Shown: positions 51,166 to 63,705 of the stretch, in pieces
Position numbering within the stretch: the first letter of the stretch is position 1
How the letters are laid out: every line of letters starts with the position of its first letter
Assembly: GCA_042408215.1 (NCBI GenBank)
Contig: JAYFMW010000020.1
Location: 608,001-672,000, forward strand
Source of the DNA: Microcoleus sp.
GTDB taxonomy: Bacteria > Cyanobacteriota > Cyanobacteriia > Cyanobacteriales > Microcoleaceae
DNA length: 64,000 bases
Direction: 5' to 3'
Notes under the pieces: generated by a model
What the model was told of the DNA's origin: nothing
Databases searched by the model: none
Seen by the model: only the letters and a program-made list of their open reading frames with translations
Made by a program: the position numbers and the translations under genes

Positions 51166-52275
51166 ATGAATAACCCAGAACAAATCACTACTATTTTAAT
51201 TGTAGAGGACGAACTTTTGATCGCCAAAAATTTGTCCTCAAAATTAGAAAAATTGGGATACAAAATTATAGATATCGTTTCTTCAGGAGCCGATGCTATA
51301 CAGCGGGTGGATGAAATTAAGCCAGATTTAATCTTGATGGATCTAGTCATCAAAGGCGACATTGACGGCATAGAAACAGCAGCTATAATTAATCAAGAAT
51401 TAGATATCCCAATTATCTATACAACTGCCTATGCAGACGACGAAACATTGCAGAGAGCAGAAAATACGGGTGCTTACGGCTACCTACTCAAACCGATTAA
51501 AGAAAGAGAACTGCACGCCACCATTAAGATAGCACTGAGCAAGCACAAAGAAGCACTGAGAATGCGAAATTTAATTGCATTAGCAGCAGCGCAGAGCGAA
51601 AAAAAATCGCAACTTCTTTCAATGGCATACCACGATTTAAACACTCCCTTAACTACCATACAGTTATCGGCGGAAATGCTGGAAGATTTGGCACCGGGTG
51701 GGACGCCAGTCACCATAAATAAAAATGTCGATCGCATTAAAAAAGCGGTCAGCAATATGAGTGAATTGCTCGAGGATATTTTAACTATCGGCAAGGCAGA
51801 GTCAGGGAAAATTGAATTAAATTTAAAGCCCGTAAATTTGATTTATTTATGCACCTCGATTTTGGCAGAAATGCAACCGATTGTCACTCATAAACACCGA
51901 GTAACTTTACAAATTAAAAAAGAACCCCTCCACGCTGTTCTGGATGCAAAATTGCTCAACTACCTCCTGATTAATTTGCTATCAAATGCCATAAAATATT
52001 CTCCCGATGGCGGCACAATCAGTCTAGAATTAAACTGCGATGACCAGCAGGTCATTTTTGGCGTCCGAGATCAGGGCATTGGCATTCCACTCGAATATAG
52101 AGGGAAACTTTTTCAGCAGTTTGAACGAGCTGCTAATGTAGGTAATATTAAAGGCTCGGGGTTGGGACTCTGCATTGTCAAACACATAGTTGACCTGCAC
52201 GGCGGTACAATAAGTGTGGAAAGTGCGATCGGTAAAGGTACTGCATTTACTGTCTCCCTACCTTTATATAGTTGA
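51166..52275 (+). CDS. Hybrid receiver-histidine kinase
   Basis: REC (ILIVEDE, ILMD, KP) + HDLNTPLT + NLLSNAIKYS, DQGIG, GSGLGL. Confidence 0.93.
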   Translation: MNNPEQITTILIVEDELLIAKNLSSKLEKLGYKIIDIVSSGADAIQRVDEIKPDLILMDLVIKGDIDGIETAAIINQELDIPIIYTTAYADDETLQRAENTGAYGYLLKPIKERELHATIKIALSKHKEALRMRNLIALAAAQSEKKSQLLSMAYHDLNTPLTTIQLSAEMLEDLAPGGTPVTINKNVDRIKKAVSNMSELLEDILTIGKAESGKIELNLKPVNLIYLCTSILAEMQPIVTHKHRVTLQIKKEPLHAVLDAKLLNYLLINLLSNAIKYSPDGGTISLELNCDDQQVIFGVRDQGIGIPLEYRGKLFQQFERAANVGNIKGSGLGLCIVKHIVDLHGGTISVESAIGKGTAFTVSLPLYS

Positions 52276-52444
52276 GTGTTGATTGTTGACAGTTGTTGAG
52301 TGTTGACAAGGGAATATTTTGATTTTACTTTAAGCTTTTTATCAACAGGCTTTCTGGCCTGTTCCACAAGCAAGAAATTTCTTTCCTACTGTTTTATGAA
52401 GTGTAGGGACACGGCAATGCCGTGTCCCTACGGGTTTATGAAGT

Positions 52445-52741
52445 GTAGGGACACTCCAGGAGCCCATTAGTGTCAACTTAAGCCTGAAACCCTTGAGAAA
52501 TCTGGGTTTTACGCCAAGTCTAGATCCCCCTAAATCCCCCTTAAGAAGGGAGTAGGGTGTGAGTAGGGGGTGACTTTGAGAAGACTCCTGTCCCCCCCTG
52601 GTTGTTGGGGGACTTTGAGAAGACTCCTGTCCCCCCCTTCTTAAGGGGGGCTAGGGGGGATCTAGACTTGGCTATGAACGAGGGATACCAAGGCTTTCAG
52701 GCTTAAGTTGACACCAATAGGCACGCGCTTAGTGTCCCTAC
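52445..52741. mobile_element. Nested REP/MITE-like element (copy 4)
   Basis: ATTAGTGTCAACTTAAGCC...GGCTTAAGTTGACACCAAT inside GTAGGGAC...GTCCCTAC. Confidence 0.75.
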
Positions 52742-52807
52742 GGGGATCGATAGGCGGGTGTACTTCATCAACATGGAATCTGCTGTAATTCAGGACTAAA
52801 TTCCTGA

Positions 52808-53128
52808 CTACAAACCTATTGATTGTCCGAGCCAATCGAGATAAGCCTCGCTACCGGCGACAATCGGAATAGCAATAATTTCGGGAACTTCATAGGAATG
52901 CATTGCCCGCACTTTTGTTTTTAAATCCTCAAATTTAGCCAAGTCAGTTTTCATCACCAACTGCCACTCAGCAGCGGAATGAATCTCGCCTTGCCAAGCA
53001 TAAATAGAGCGAATTGGCGACAAACTCACACAAGCAGCTAGCTGATTTTCAACTAGAGATTTTGCGATCGCCTCTGCCTCCACCTCCGAATCAGCAGTTA
53101 CCAAAACTACCACAAAATTACTGTTCAT
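52808..53128 (-). CDS. cutA: Divalent-cation tolerance protein CutA
   Basis: LVENQLAACV, SIYAWQGEI, HSYEVPEII, YLDWL. Confidence 0.93.
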   Translation of the reverse strand: MNSNFVVVLVTADSEVEAEAIAKSLVENQLAACVSLSPIRSIYAWQGEIHSAAEWQLVMKTDLAKFEDLKTKVRAMHSYEVPEIIAIPIVAGSEAYLDWLGQSIGL

Positions 53129-53157
53129 AGTGATTAGTCAATCCTTAACGATCGACA

Positions 53158-55707
53158 TTAATGATTAATTTGCAACTTCAGGCGCACAGTGCCCTTTAAT
53201 CCTGCCGGAGGTTGCCAGGAAGTTAAAGCTCGCTTGAGAGTCTCAATGGCGTCAGTTGCTTGCAGCGTCGAGGCTTGAGAATCGATCGCCACTCGGACAA
53301 CCCGGCCATCTTGTACCCACAACTCCCACACTGTCTCGCCACTAACTCCAGTGGGGAGAGTCACAGATTGCAGGTATTGAGTCAAAAGTGCGATCGCCCC
53401 GGCATCCAACCCTTCGGCACTGACTATTTGCAAGGGAGAAGTGCTTTGCTGCGGGCGTTGCAAATCCCCGTAACCTCTTTCCCGCACAGGAAGTGGCGCC
53501 GACGGTGACAAAAGCCGAGTCGGGGTGACACTGCGAGTGCCGCCTCTAGTTGGCCCGATCGCCTCCTCCGACTCAAAAATACCTTCATAGCTCACCCCCT
53601 GTGGCAATTCTACAGGCACTTGGACTCGCCGACGCGATCCATCTGGTTCGACTCGCACTTCTTCGCTCACAGCCACAAACGCCGTGTATTCTGACAGCAA
53701 GCGATAAGTCAGAGCAGTATTAGTCACAGATTCCACGACAGATTTCGTCTCGCCACCAAACATTTGATTCATTAAATCTTTAATGCGCGATCGAGCCCAA
53801 AGTTGAGCGATCGCCTCATTGCCAAAATCAGTATTTGCGACTGTCGCGGGATTTGACTCCCGCAGCCGCACGCTGACGGAGGGAGCAAAATTAACTGGTA
53901 AAATCTGTTCGTAAGTTTTACCCCCAGCCTGAGTGCCACGGATGCGAAGTTGGCCGCTGGTGCGATCGCCCTTTCTGCCAAACAAAACTAGAGGCTGACT
54001 AGCAAATAAATCCGGTGGCGCGATCGGATAAATATCCGGTTTTTCCCCCATTCCTTCCCAACTAATTTGAAGCTCAGTCAATACCGGATTATTAATTTGG
54101 CGAAAAAACTTTTCTGCCGCTTCTGCCGACGGTTCATCTTGACGAATTACTTGAGATGTGCCTCTTCCCACTTGGGCCAAACGGTCGATCAAAAACCGAT
54201 TCACAGAACCGCCAACACCAAAACAGTAGAGTCTATTTCCCGGTTTCAGACTCCGCTGAACAAAAGCCAGCACCTCATTTTCGCCACCGATATAACCATC
54301 AGTGATTAATACAATACTCCGCAACCTTCCTGTTTTTGGAGCCGGAAAATCCATCACGGTTCGGATGCCGTTTAGTAGTTCCGTGCCGCCGTTTGCTTGC
54401 AAGTTGTCGATATAATTAATTGCCCTTTGTCGATTTGACGCCGTATTTGCTAAAGGAGCAGTTGAAAGTGCTTTTGCAGTGTTGGCAAAATCAATAATTG
54501 TAAAAGTATCGTTGGGATTTAAACCTTGAATAAAGCGGCGCATCAACTCCTGAGATTTTGCCAGCGGTTCGCCCTGTTGAGAACCGGAAGTATCCATCAA
54601 AAACACAACATCTTTAGGGACAATCTCATTACTTTTATAATTCAAGGCCGGAATCAGATAAGCTGCAAAATGCCCGCCCCGATTGTCAGCTTGAGTCAGG
54701 ACTGTTGCTTGAGTATTTTCGCCCGCTACTCGATAGCGTAAAATTAAATCTTTATTGGGAATTGTGTCAGAATTGGCTAATTTAACGCTAACTATCTTAC
54801 CGCTGCGATCGGTGACAATTTGATGAGAAGTAGAGCGGACATCCCTAATCGGAATTCCGCTATCTATTTCTACCGAAACAGCGATATCGTGACCCGATCG
54901 CGTTCCCGGAGGCATGACAGGCGGGTTAATGCGATCGGCATCAGAATTAACCCCCCCCTGCCCCCCCCTTGCTAAGGGGGGGGTTGGATTCAGATCGCCC
55001 CCCCTTGGTAAGGGGGGGTTGGGGGGGATCGAATTTCTCCCAATATAGCGAGGCCCTACCACCATTGGAAACACAAATTCGTAATCGCCGCCGACAAATT
55101 TGAGACTTTCCGTGTAGCGAATCGTAACTTCAATTTTTTCCCCCGGTTTGATATTAGCGAGAGACTGAGTAAAAATATTGTCCCGTTCTTGTTCCAGCAA
55201 ACCCGCAGTGCGGCCTTGCTGTCTGGCTTTTTCGTAAATTTCTAAAGCTTCATCGCGCCGTTTGATATCAGCTTTAATAGTTCGTGAGCCTATTTTAATT
55301 TCCATGTCATCCACCGCCGCTTCGTCGGGTAAAGGAAACACATAAACAGCTTCTAAAGGTTCGGAAAAAGGATTTTCAAACTTCTGAACAACTTCGACGC
55401 GGGAGATATTGCCGGCAATTTTGGCTTTAACTTGAGTTTGCTTGAGAGGAAAGACTTGTTCTGGGCCCTTATTTTGAGTACGCACGAACAAACCGCCGAC
55501 TGGACAAGGACTTTGGGGCGATCGACTCCTATGGCAATTAACATCATTTCCAGCCAGGATATTCGGCGACTGAGACGGAGAATTTCCCCTGGGAGCTACC
55601 GCCCGCGAGGACTGCGGAGCGAGAATAGCGCCACACTCGATCGCTGCGAGGAATGCCATACCAGCAAAAAGCAACCGTTGGGGGGATATAACGCAGACAA
55701 ACTTCAT
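53158..55707 (-). CDS. Secreted VIT + vWA domain protein
   Basis: Signal-like N-terminus, VIT (EAVYVFPLPDEAAV, AGLLEQERDNIF), MIDAS DTSGSQ...GGT...LITDG. Confidence 0.9.
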   Translation of the reverse strand: MKFVCVISPQRLLFAGMAFLAAIECGAILAPQSSRAVAPRGNSPSQSPNILAGNDVNCHRSRSPQSPCPVGGLFVRTQNKGPEQVFPLKQTQVKAKIAGNISRVEVVQKFENPFSEPLEAVYVFPLPDEAAVDDMEIKIGSRTIKADIKRRDEALEIYEKARQQGRTAGLLEQERDNIFTQSLANIKPGEKIEVTIRYTESLKFVGGDYEFVFPMVVGPRYIGRNSIPPNPPLPRGGDLNPTPPLARGGQGGVNSDADRINPPVMPPGTRSGHDIAVSVEIDSGIPIRDVRSTSHQIVTDRSGKIVSVKLANSDTIPNKDLILRYRVAGENTQATVLTQADNRGGHFAAYLIPALNYKSNEIVPKDVVFLMDTSGSQQGEPLAKSQELMRRFIQGLNPNDTFTIIDFANTAKALSTAPLANTASNRQRAINYIDNLQANGGTELLNGIRTVMDFPAPKTGRLRSIVLITDGYIGGENEVLAFVQRSLKPGNRLYCFGVGGSVNRFLIDRLAQVGRGTSQVIRQDEPSAEAAEKFFRQINNPVLTELQISWEGMGEKPDIYPIAPPDLFASQPLVLFGRKGDRTSGQLRIRGTQAGGKTYEQILPVNFAPSVSVRLRESNPATVANTDFGNEAIAQLWARSRIKDLMNQMFGGETKSVVESVTNTALTYRLLSEYTAFVAVSEEVRVEPDGSRRRVQVPVELPQGVSYEGIFESEEAIGPTRGGTRSVTPTRLLSPSAPLPVRERGYGDLQRPQQSTSPLQIVSAEGLDAGAIALLTQYLQSVTLPTGVSGETVWELWVQDGRVVRVAIDSQASTLQATDAIETLKRALTSWQPPAGLKGTVRLKLQINH

Positions 55708-56097
55708 AGCTGTTTTTTTAGCAGATTTAAGATGCTTTGTATACCATGACCTTACCGTTGGCGAAACGTTCCTGACTTAGCTTTGTGCCAAAACTGAAGG
55801 AACGGGCTCCAAAAACTTGTAGGTTTGGTCGATCGGGCGATCGACGATCGCCTACAAGATTGTATAATAAGTTAGACAATTACATAAACTCTAACCGAAA
55901 CCTCTCAACCCCCTATAAATTGCAATTACTATGAATTTTATCAATCCCAAAACCGACTTTGCCTTGAAAAACTCCTGGGTTCTGCTGACAGTAAAGACAT
56001 TCTGATTAGCTTCTTGAATGCCATGCTATACGAAGGACAACCGGCGAGGGAAGATTTAGAAATTATCGATCCATATTTAGCACCCAAAATCAAAGGA

Positions 56098-56837
56098 GTC
56101 AATCGATTTTAGATTTTAGATTTTAGATTTTAGATTTACCCCACGGATAAATGCGGGGGCTTGAGGATTTTAGATTTGGGATTTTGGATTGATTCCACGG
56201 ATAAATCCGGGGGCTTGTACCACCTTTGAAATTATTGGTCAATCGATTTTAGATTTTAGATTTTAGATTTTAGATTTTAGATTTACCCCACGGATAAATG
56301 CGGGGGCTTGAGGATTTTAGATTTGGGATTTTGGATTGATTCCACGGATAAATCCGGGGGCTTGTACCACCTTTGAAATTATTGGTCAATCGATTTTAGA
56401 TTTTAGATTTTAGATTTTAGATTTTAGATTTTAGATTTACCCCACGGATAAATGCGGGGGCTTGAGGATTTTAGATTTGGGATTTTGGATTGATTCCACG
56501 GATAAATCCGGGGGCTTGTACCACCTTTGAAATTATTGGTCAATCGATTTTAGATTTTAGATTTTAGATTTTAGATTTTAGATTTACCCCACGGATAAAT
56601 GCGGGGGCTTGAGGATTTTAGATTTGGGATTTTGGATTGATTCCACGGATAAATCCGGGGGCTTGTACCACCTTTGAAATTATTGGTCAATCGATTTTAG
56701 ATTTTAGATTTTAGATTTTAGATTTTAGATTTACCCCACGGATAAATGCGGGGGCTTGAGGATTTTAGATTTGGGATTTTGGATTGATTCCACGGATAAA
56801 TCCGGGGGCTTGTACCACCTTTGAAATTATTGGTCAA
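56098..56837. repeat. Five-unit tandem array (140/147/154/147/147 bp) bounded by GTCAA
   Basis: Units start at 56098, 56238, 56385, 56539 and 56686 and differ only in GATTTTA copy number (4,5,6,5,5). Confidence 0.93.
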
Positions 56838-57523
56838 AGATACTTACTTGGATGTCAAGGCCAAGATTACTGGGGACAAGACTGCGATCGTTGAAATGCA
56901 GGTCTTGAATGTATAATCCTTCGAGAAGCGGATTTTATACAATGCCACCAAAGCTTATTCATTGCAATTAAAAAGCGGGGAAAACTACAATTTGTTAAAT
57001 CCGGTGATTGCCTTGACAATTACGGATTTCCAAATGTTTGAAAATCTCGATACAGTGATTTCGCGATTTGTTTTCAAAGAAAAAACTTTTTTGACTGAGT
57101 ATCTGCCCAATGAATTAGAAATTACCTTTGTTGAATTGCCAAAATTCAACAAGACCTTAGAGGAGTTAGAGACGCTGACTGACAAGTGGATATATTTCAT
57201 GAAAACAGCTAGAACTCTCAGGTCTGTGCCGAAATAATTGGAGGATGTACCCGAACTCCGTAAAGCTTTTGCGATCGCCAACGAAGCAAATCTAGAACCT
57301 GAAGAATTGGAAGATTTAGAGAGGCGAGAAATGTTCATTCAAGACCAGCGCGGTGCAATCACCAAAGCTACCAGACTTGGGATGGAAGAAGGCATCAGAC
57401 GAGGTATCGAACAAGGTATCGAACAAGGCATCGAACAAGGCAAGTTGCGATTAATTGTTCGTCTGTTAGAGCGGCGTTTTGGCGTACTGTCGTCGGAGAG
57501 CAAAACCCGTATCGCTCAGTTAT

Positions 57524-59072
57524 AAGAAATACCCTGAAAACCCTGTGACTTTAGTCCAGGGATGAAAGGGCGTGGCAGGATTTATCCTGCCTGTTCGTAA
57601 GTTTCAATATAACATAATGTTTAACCGTCCCCGGACAAATACTTCTAGCAATTGAGACCAAGGTCAAGATTTGTTGAGGATTAATTAACTTGTTAATTCA
57701 CGCTCTATACTAAACATAGTATCATAATAGCCAGTAAATTAAATGTACGCAGTACAAAAAGATGTTTGGCATTTAAAAGGACTCGACAAAACCATTGTCG
57801 AACAACTCTTGAGATGGTCAAATAATCTGTTCAATGTCGGAACTTACGAAAGTCGGCAACAATACTTTAAGAACCAAAGCGTAGTTAAATATCCAGATTT
57901 GTATAAAATCACCAAAACCAACGAAAATTACGGGTTGCTATACTCTCAAGTCGCCCAGCAATCTCTTAAATCTGTCGCGGAATCTTTTACTTCTTTCCGA
58001 GCCTTAGAGAAGTTGGCAAATCAAGGATAAATCCATCAAAAACCGAGACTACCAAGGTACAGAACCAAAGGGGGAATGTACCCCGTTTCATATCCCGGTC
58101 AAGCCTTAAAGGTGATTGAAAATAAAATCAGATTACCCCTGGGGAAAAAAGGAAAAGAATACTTTGGGAAAGATGCGATTTGGGTTCCGCTACCTGAACG
58201 TATCAAGAATTGCCAGATCAAAGAACTCAGGTTAATCCCTAGAAATGGTGCGGTATGGGTCGAATATGTCCACGAAAGTCTAACTGAACAAGCTCCTAGT
58301 TGTAGCCTGGAAGTAACAGGGGTTTTGGGAATAGATCGCGGCATCAATAACTGGTTAACTTGTGTCTCTAGCAATGGTAAACCTTTCATCATTGATGGAC
58401 ATAGACTCAAGTCTTGGAACCAATGGTTTAACAAATAAAAAGCGAGAGTTCAATCAGAACACACAATACATAAATTACCCAAAGGTTTCTCGTCAAAAAG
58501 ATTACAACAGTTGTCGGAAATTCGCACTAGAAGGATGAGAGATGCTGTCAACAAAGCAGTTAGAACCATCGTAGATTATTGCGAAAATCACCAAATAAAC
58601 GTCTTAGTCTTTGGCTGGAACAAGGGACAGAAGCAAGAGGTGAATATGGGGGTCGTGACTAATCAGATTTTTGTCCAAATACCCACTGCTAAAGTCAAAT
58701 ATAGACTCCAGCAAGAGTGTGACTTAAGGGGGTGGCGATTTGTCGAACAAGACGAATCTTACACATCAAAAGCAAGTTTTTTAGACCGAGACATTTTGCC
58801 AGTAAAAGTCGGTGAAAAACCTGACAATTGGCAACCATCGGGTAAAAGAATCAAAAGAGGATTGTACCGTTCGGCTCAGGGATTAACTCTGAATGCCGAT
58901 GTTAACGGTGCAGCAAACATCATCCGAAAATCAATCATTTGCCATAGACTCAATTATTGAGAGAGTGGGTAGCGGGTTGCTGACTAATCCTTTGAGAATT
59001 AAACTTTGGGCGGATTCATCCCCCAAAGTTTGTCCTTAAGAATCCCCGTGTCTTCAGACCGGGGAATGTCAA
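57524..59072 (+). mobile_element. IS200/IS605-family element with inactivated tnpB
   Basis: Inserted 3' of TTAT; left hairpin CCCTGTGACTTTAGTCCAGGG; right end CCCCGTGTCTTCAGACCGGGGAATGTCAA. Excision restores CAG TTA T|CT GCA. Confidence 0.9.
57743..58960 (+). pseudogene. tnpB: tnpB pseudogene
   Basis: Three collinear ORFs in one frame separated by TAA at 58028 and 58436; GIDRGINNW, ESYTSKAS, NADVNGAANI. Confidence 0.9.
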
Positions 59073-59241
59073 CTGCATCGCAATTAGAGAATCTAGGAGA
59101 GGCGCTATTAGACTTTACCACTTTGTCAGATTTGACAACTTGGTTGCAAGCACATAACAATCGTCGATGATTAGTCAAATGGGTGTAGGGTAATCCCCCG
59201 TGGTTGCCCTTATGGATGACCTATGTCACATTTGAGTGTGA

Positions 59242-60933
<1,692 letters not shown>

Positions 60934-61222
60934 GCTGCTAATCGGCATTTAAATTGCGCGATCGTGCAACAGTAGTCCTGGACACATAAACTCAATCTGT
61001 AGGGTGCGCCTCGGCGCACCTTGCCGCTACCAGTAGTGTTGATCTGCTGTTTTTGGGTCCAGGACTGTTTCGGTCAAAAGGCTACGGCGACAGGTGCAAG
61101 CAGCTTGAAAAATTGCCATCTAATTTTAGCAAGCATTGCGACTTAATTTTTGGGCTGGGATTTGAAGGATGAGTTGTCAAACTATCCTAAAATACCAGGG
61201 AACACAGGTTTGAGGAGGTCTT

Positions 61223-61645
61223 GTGGCTTACTGGATCAAATTTACTTATGAGAAAAATACATATCTAATTGACCTGGACACTATTGGTGCTTTTTCTAGC
61301 GAACTGGATAATAAGCGGCTCACATTTTGGCTGCCTAATAGCAGTCAACCGATTATCCTGATTCCCCACGCCAACTCTGACACTTACAAGCAAGTTCTCG
61401 ATTACCTCAAAAAAACGATCGATCGCAATTTTAAAGGTGCCTGGGTAAAAATCAACTATGACCGTAAAGAATTTGCGATCGATTTGAGTAGAATTAGCTC
61501 TTTTGTCTGCGAACCTAACGGTCGGCTAAGCTTTTGGCTGCCCGACAGTGCAAATACGATTATTCTCACCCGCCAAGGCAACCAGGACGCTTATCAAAAA
61601 GTGCATGACTATATTAAAAATACGACAGGACAATCTCTGCTTTGA
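61223..61645 (+). CDS. Hypothetical protein made of two tandem about 65-aa repeats
   Basis: GGAGG RBS; W.K..Y....IDL..I..F....RL.FWLP.S...IIL....N.D.Y..V.DY.K occurs twice. Confidence 0.8.
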   Translation: MAYWIKFTYEKNTYLIDLDTIGAFSSELDNKRLTFWLPNSSQPIILIPHANSDTYKQVLDYLKKTIDRNFKGAWVKINYDRKEFAIDLSRISSFVCEPNGRLSFWLPDSANTIILTRQGNQDAYQKVHDYIKNTTGQSLL

Positions 61646-62032
61646 AAAAGTCATTGGTCATATCTAATCCGGTAGCATCGTCCTGTATTCATCTCTCTAT
61701 GCTCTCCCTCTGTGTCCTCTGTGTTCTCTGCGGTTAAATCATTCCTATCCAACCGGAAACGAGATCGTTGGTTATGAGTTATTAGTTATTAGTCATGGGT
61801 GATTGGTTATGGGTTATTAGTTATTAGTCATTGGTCAATTGCCCAAACTTTTTTAGTCATGAACCTTTCTACCTGGTGGCGTCGGGTTTTGTGTGTGTTT
61901 TTATGTCTATTTGGAAAAAGAACACCTGTTTTTGGGTAGAATATAATCTCCAATTATACTTGGAGAGGAATCGATACAGAAAAATTTATATTTAACCGAT
62001 CTTGAATATATCGATCGCTCCTACTGATACAT

Positions 62033-63170
62033 TTACGCGACACTTACCCGGCTATTACCGGACAAAGTAACGATAGCACTATCGCCGACATAGGAAATAG
62101 AGGCGGTATCCCGCAAAGCTTTCAGTAAAATACCAAAAGCGCCATTATAATCCCGTGGGATTGAGTAGCCACAGTCAGGGCAAGTAAACACTTTAGAACC
62201 ACCTAACTTTTGATGCACATGACCACAATGGGTACAAGTTTTAGACGTGTATTCTTCAGTGACATCAATCACGCTGGCGTTTCTGATACTTGCCTGATGT
62301 TTGATGGTTTGCTTGAATCTGTAATGGGCCCAAGTCAACATCGCTCTAGCAGTTTTTGAACGAATCTTTCTTCGTGCTTTGGCTACCATTTGGGACGACT
62401 CATGCATTAGGAAGAAATATGACCCGATAGTTGCTAGTTAAATAGCAAGCGGTTTGTTTTTGGCATTCGTCTACTAAATTACGAATGCGTATTCTCATGC
62501 GATGAGCTGCTTGTCTCATGCGTTTTCTGCGCTGTTTCGTGGCTTGAGATATTCGGCTCATTAAGTTATCTAAGTGTTGACACAGACGAGCGATTCGTCC
62601 CATGTCACCACCTCCAAACTCAATGAATTTATTGCCATCAAATCCGGTCATAAATGTTCTTACGCCCGGATCTAATGCAATAATTCCAGTTGCATCGGTA
62701 GGGTGAACAGTAACTGGTACAGGAAACACCGCAAACCAACGACCCTTGCAGTACAACAATGTCGTACCTTGATTACACTCAGGAATCACCTCAGAAGCTT
62801 TGAAGGTTAATCCTTTTGTCAAGGAAGAATACCAAGTACCTTTGCTGAAATTTGCATCGTTAAACTTGATGGCTTGAGAGTAATCTCTGATACTACGAAA
62901 CTTGGCGTCTGAACTTGCCTTGAAAGCTCTGTGAGCATCAAACACAGCATTTTGCCTGATATGACAAGGCGTTTCTTTTACCCATTCAGGTAAATCACTT
63001 CGCATAACTTCGTTACGCAACTGCAACTTACTTAAGTGCTTTTTTCGCTGCATTGCTATTGCTTGATTGAAACAATAACGACAGGCGGCCAGCCATTTTC
63101 GCCAGACTTTATTTAATTCTTGACTGGGGTATATCCTGATCTTCAGAGATTTGAGATTTATACTTTCTGA
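62033..63170 (-). pseudogene. tnpB: IS607 tnpB, frameshifted at about 62405
   Basis: KIRIYPSQE, ALDPGVRTF; after the shift ESSQMV...EEYTSKTCTHCG...CPDCG...RDYNGAFGI. Confidence 0.88.
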
Positions 63171-63705
63171 GTCCATAGAGTCTACTACTAAAGCAGTGGA
63201 GGATTGCAAGGATGTCTTCAACCATTTCTTGTTCTGGACTAAGGTTTGTTTCGTTGAGTACCACGAGTTCACACCGGTTTTGCTCACAGAGCCATTTGAA
63301 CAAGTCAAAGCCGAATCTTGCCAATCGGTCTTTGTGAGCAACGACAACCATTCGGACATCTCCTTTAAAGATTCGTTCCAATAGGGCAAGAAGCTTTTTC
63401 CGTTTGAAATTAAGTCCTCCTCCAACTTCGCTACAGATTTCGGCTTCCGGGTAGAGACTACTAAGGTGAGCGACTTGCCTGTTAAGGTCGGGTTGCTGTG
63501 CGCGACTACTGACTCTGGCGTAGACAACAGCAATTCGGTGGTCGGTTCTAGTGGCTCCGGCGGCAAACCTGTCAACGTTATACCTTCAGAGTCCTGACGG
63601 TGTTCTGATCGCTTGGATTTTTCCTGCTTCTTCCCAACGTCGGAGAGTTCTTTCGTTGACTCCAAGGATGGACGACGCTAATGAGGGTGGGACGTACCTG
63701 ACAAT
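63109..63705 (-). pseudogene. tnpA: IS607 transposase TnpA with premature TGA
   Basis: MerR-like HTH (LGVNERTLRRWE), YARVSS catalytic motif, HKDRLARFGF, LHCFSSRLYGLR; in-frame TGA at 63586-63588; putative ATT start at 63705. Confidence 0.88.

Larger units (their letters stand above)
55931..59170 (+). pseudogene. Rpn-family PD-(D/E)XK nuclease with DUF4351-like tail, multiply disrupted
   Basis: MNFINPKTDFA..., LDVKAK...VEMQ, GIEQG repeats, QLENLGEALLDF. Lesions: frameshift at about 55970, array at 56098-56832, TAA at 56914 and 57235, IS at 57524-59072. Confidence 0.9.

Noticed and set aside
56098..56837. CRISPR or guide-RNA array next to a nuclease and tnpB
   Set aside because: Units differ only in heptamer count, carry no variable guide segment, and the array interrupts the nuclease ORF.
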